A program made the position numbers and the translations under genes. Shown here in pieces: positions 61,559 to 64,000 of a DNA stretch of 64,000 nt. This DNA is from an uncultured delta proteobacterium (GTDB taxonomy: Bacteria > Myxococcota_A > Polyangia > Polyangiales > Polyangiaceae). The notes under the pieces were generated by a model, which searched no databases, was not told the origin of the DNA, and was given only the letters and a program-made list of their open reading frames with translations. The DNA is taken from positions 608,001 through 672,000 of the forward strand of contig CAWJCS010000006.1 in NCBI GenBank assembly GCA_963841435.1, written 5' to 3'. Every line of letters begins with the position of its first letter. The stretch's first letter is position 1.

Positions 61559-62070
61559 CGCGCGCCACCATCGTTTTGCTGTTCGCCGCGCTCGGGTGCG
61601 CTCCTCGGACGGGCCCCGACGCGGGGGCGACTGCCGCAATGCGCGGGCAGGCGCCCGATTTCGAGCTGCCGCTCCTGCGTGGTGGCAGCGCACGCCTCTC
61701 CGACCACCTCGGTAGAGACGTCGTGCTCGTCGATTTCTGGGCGACCTTCTGCGAGCCCTGCCTGCTCGCCATGCCCGAGCTCGACCGCCTCTACGCGAAG
61801 TACCGCTCGCGCGGCCTCGTCGTCTTCGGCGTGTCGGTTGACGAGGCAGCGGCCGCCGGGCGCGTGCGGAGCGAGGTCAACAAGCTCGGCGTCTCGTTCC
61901 CGATCCTGCTCGACCAGGAGACGCGCGTGCTTTCCCTCTACAACCCGCGCGCGACGGCGCCGTACAGCGTGCTCATCGGTCGCGACGGCCGCGTGCTCGG
62001 CCGGCGCGAGGGATACACCAGCGGCGACCGAGAAGAGCTCGAGCGCGAGATCGTGCTCGCGCTGCACTGA
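61555..62070 (+). CDS. TlpA/ResA-family disulfide reductase lipoprotein
   Basis: GTGA overlap; LGC lipobox; APDFEL, DFWATFCEPC, FPILLD. Confidence 0.9.
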   Translation: MTRATIVLLFAALGCAPRTGPDAGATAAMRGQAPDFELPLLRGGSARLSDHLGRDVVLVDFWATFCEPCLLAMPELDRLYAKYRSRGLVVFGVSVDEAAAAGRVRSEVNKLGVSFPILLDQETRVLSLYNPRATAPYSVLIGRDGRVLGRREGYTSGDREELEREIVLALH

Positions 62071-62107
62071 GGTGCGTGTTCGTCGCTGCTCCGCGCGGGT
62101 GCTGCGC

Positions 62108-63976
62108 TCAAAACGTCAGGCTCGCGTCGAGGCGCATCCCCTCGAAGCCCGGCCGCACCTGACACACGCCGCCGACGCAGCGCAGCGAAGAACGGCGCTG
62201 GCCCACGAAGAGCGCCACGCTCGAATCCGGCGTCGGGCGCACCTTGACGCTGCCGTTGACGTAGAAGTCCGGGGGCAGGGGATCGGTATTGTACTCGATG
62301 CCGACGCCGAACGAGAGGCGCGACCCCACCTGTAGACCCGTGAGGTGCTCGCCCTCGAACCAGCGGCCCGTCGGGCTGCCGAGCGCGCGGCGCCGGCGCC
62401 GATGGAACCCCTGGAGCTCGAGCGCAAACGTCTCGTCGAGCGCCTGCACGACGTCGTAGCGGACGTAAAGCTCGCGGTAAAAGACGTGCGTCGTGCCGTC
62501 GCGAGCCGCGAGCGGCGCGTCCGCGCGATCGAAACGCGTGCCGGCAGTGACCGTGCCGCGCGTGCGACCGTCCGTGCCCTTGAGCTCGAAGCCGGACGCC
62601 AGATCGAGCACGCGGTTCCGATTGTCCCGGCTGGTGTCGCAACGGTCGTTCGACACGGTTTCCGCGAACGTCTCGTAGTAGCCGACCCAGCCGAACGCGG
62701 TTGCCCTGCGCGCGAGGGCTGCGTCGCCGCGTGCGCGGCCTCCCGTGACGCAGGTGTTGAAGTTGTCGAATTCGGTGTCGACGAAGGGGTCCTCCGTCGT
62801 GGGCGGCGCGCTCCACTCGAGCAGCGAAAACTCACGTGCTCGCCCGACGTCAACGTTCGCGCGCAGCGGGAAGAAGCGGCGATAGTGCTTCGCTTCGAGC
62901 AACACGAAGAAGGGCTCGAAGGCGAGGCTCGTGCTCAAGTACAACGCGTGGCCCGCGGGCAGCCTCGCGTCCTCATCGGTCTGCTCGAGCTTCTGCCAGG
63001 CGCCCTCGAAGTAAATGGCGACCTTTCCGTCATCGGTCGCTCCCTCGATCGATTGGCTCAACGTGGCGACGCGGTCGGCGCTCCGCACCGGGTCGGGCGA
63101 AAGCGCCGGCTTTCGCCACAAGAACGAGCCTTGCGACCCGAGCGTCACGGGCGACACCCCGAGCTTCAGCTGGCCCCCGAGCAGGCGGTCGGGCGCATAA
63201 GTGCAGCTGAGGAACGTTTCGCAGCGACCCGTGTCGGGCGCAAAATCCGTCGCCACGGCGCGCGGCATGCCGGCCTCGGTCACGACCAAAAAGCCGGGCA
63301 GGGCGCTCGAGTGGACGCCGAGGTAGCGGCCGCTACCCTCGTCGATGCGCAGCGGATTCGGTGAGCCGCCGAGCGCCGTGATTTCGACCCTGAGGGGGCC
63401 GACGTGGCGCGATCCCGACACGCGCACGCCACGGATGCTGTCGTCGCTCGAGAGCTCGTCGCGCTTGCGCACCGAGAGCACCAGCCCGCGGCCGAGCTCG
63501 GCGTAGAAGTCGCCGACCATGACGTCGATGTCGCGCGTGGCGTACCCGGCGTAGAGCTTCGCCGGGTAGGTCCAGTTGATGTAGCGATTCGAGAGCTCGT
63601 GCCCGCTCTCGTAGACCTTGCCGCGGAAGTACTCTGCGTCCGAGATGCCGTCCGGAGCCGCTTTTCGCCCCTCGACGAGGCTGAGTCCCGCGCGTGTGGG
63701 GTCGGGCGAGGTGTAAAACCAGGCGCTGTCGAGACGCAGCCCGAAGCGGAAGTCGCCCTCGTTGCCCTGGACGTTCAGGCGGTTGAGCCAAGCGCCCCAG
63801 TCGTCGTTGACGACCGTGGCGACCTGGTTGGGCGATTCGTCGCGATTGTCCCAGGCATAAAGGACGCTCGTCGAGTCGGTGACATCGAGCTGGATCGGCG
63901 GCTGGGGCTCGGCGGCGAGCGCTCCAGAGGCGAACACGGAGCAGAGCGCGCTGCCCCCCGCGAGCAGCCGGCGCAC
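62108..63976 (-). CDS. Outer-membrane beta-barrel protein, DUF6029-like
   Basis: Signal peptide; VGDFYAELGRGLVLS; C-terminal GQRR..LRCVGGVC...PGFEG.RL...TF ending in Phe. Confidence 0.7.
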   Translation of the reverse strand: MRRLLAGGSALCSVFASGALAAEPQPPIQLDVTDSTSVLYAWDNRDESPNQVATVVNDDWGAWLNRLNVQGNEGDFRFGLRLDSAWFYTSPDPTRAGLSLVEGRKAAPDGISDAEYFRGKVYESGHELSNRYINWTYPAKLYAGYATRDIDVMVGDFYAELGRGLVLSVRKRDELSSDDSIRGVRVSGSRHVGPLRVEITALGGSPNPLRIDEGSGRYLGVHSSALPGFLVVTEAGMPRAVATDFAPDTGRCETFLSCTYAPDRLLGGQLKLGVSPVTLGSQGSFLWRKPALSPDPVRSADRVATLSQSIEGATDDGKVAIYFEGAWQKLEQTDEDARLPAGHALYLSTSLAFEPFFVLLEAKHYRRFFPLRANVDVGRAREFSLLEWSAPPTTEDPFVDTEFDNFNTCVTGGRARGDAALARRATAFGWVGYYETFAETVSNDRCDTSRDNRNRVLDLASGFELKGTDGRTRGTVTAGTRFDRADAPLAARDGTTHVFYRELYVRYDVVQALDETFALELQGFHRRRRRALGSPTGRWFEGEHLTGLQVGSRLSFGVGIEYNTDPLPPDFYVNGSVKVRPTPDSSVALFVGQRRSSLRCVGGVCQVRPGFEGMRLDASLTF

Positions 63977-63977
63977 G

Positions 63978-64000
63978 CTACTTCGCGGCCTCGCGCCGGC
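63978..64000 (-). CDS. Probable 3' end of an upstream gene (..RREAAK*)
   Basis: TAG at 63978-63980 lies 1 nt before the GTG of the barrel gene; only 7 codons are visible. Confidence 0.3.

Overview
This is a very GC-rich, gene-dense core-genome window from a Myxococcota bacterium, most likely Polyangiales/Sorangiineae-like. That placement is inferred from the FHA-sigma54 activator, Ser/Thr kinase plus PEGA pair, MYXO-CTERM/DUF2330 protein and many Cys-rich lipoproteins. In order it holds: bamA (truncated by the window edge, with five +1 insertions that look like sequencing errors); a parC-parE-like topoisomerase pair; signalling genes; the yceD-rpmF-fabHD-fabG-acpP-fabF-nrdR-ribD-def cluster without plsX; osmC; lipoproteins; HMG-CoA lyase; purF; pilB-pilT; a rhodanese-MoeB fusion; a PAP2/IPC-synthase-like gene; a PBP; acs; rpsT; an ECF sigma factor with a membrane partner; an S1-domain protein; mrp; and a Cys-rich lipoprotein/thioredoxin/outer-membrane-barrel cluster. 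I saw no rRNA, tRNA, CRISPR array or mobile element. Best leads: (1) an unannotated 55-aa Arg/Lys-rich ORF between a strong promoter and rpsT, a candidate lineage-specific ribosome-associated protein; (2) repeated Asp->Asn changes at conserved catalytic motifs, all at CGAC->CAAC, suggesting a methylation footprint or a basecalling artefact; (3) an FHA-CpaF pseudo-ATPase; (4) a putative envelope disulfide-handling locus; (5) widespread leaderless-type promoters; (6) a 12-bp inverted repeat over a PilZ start codon. All calls come from motif recognition by eye; no database searches were run.
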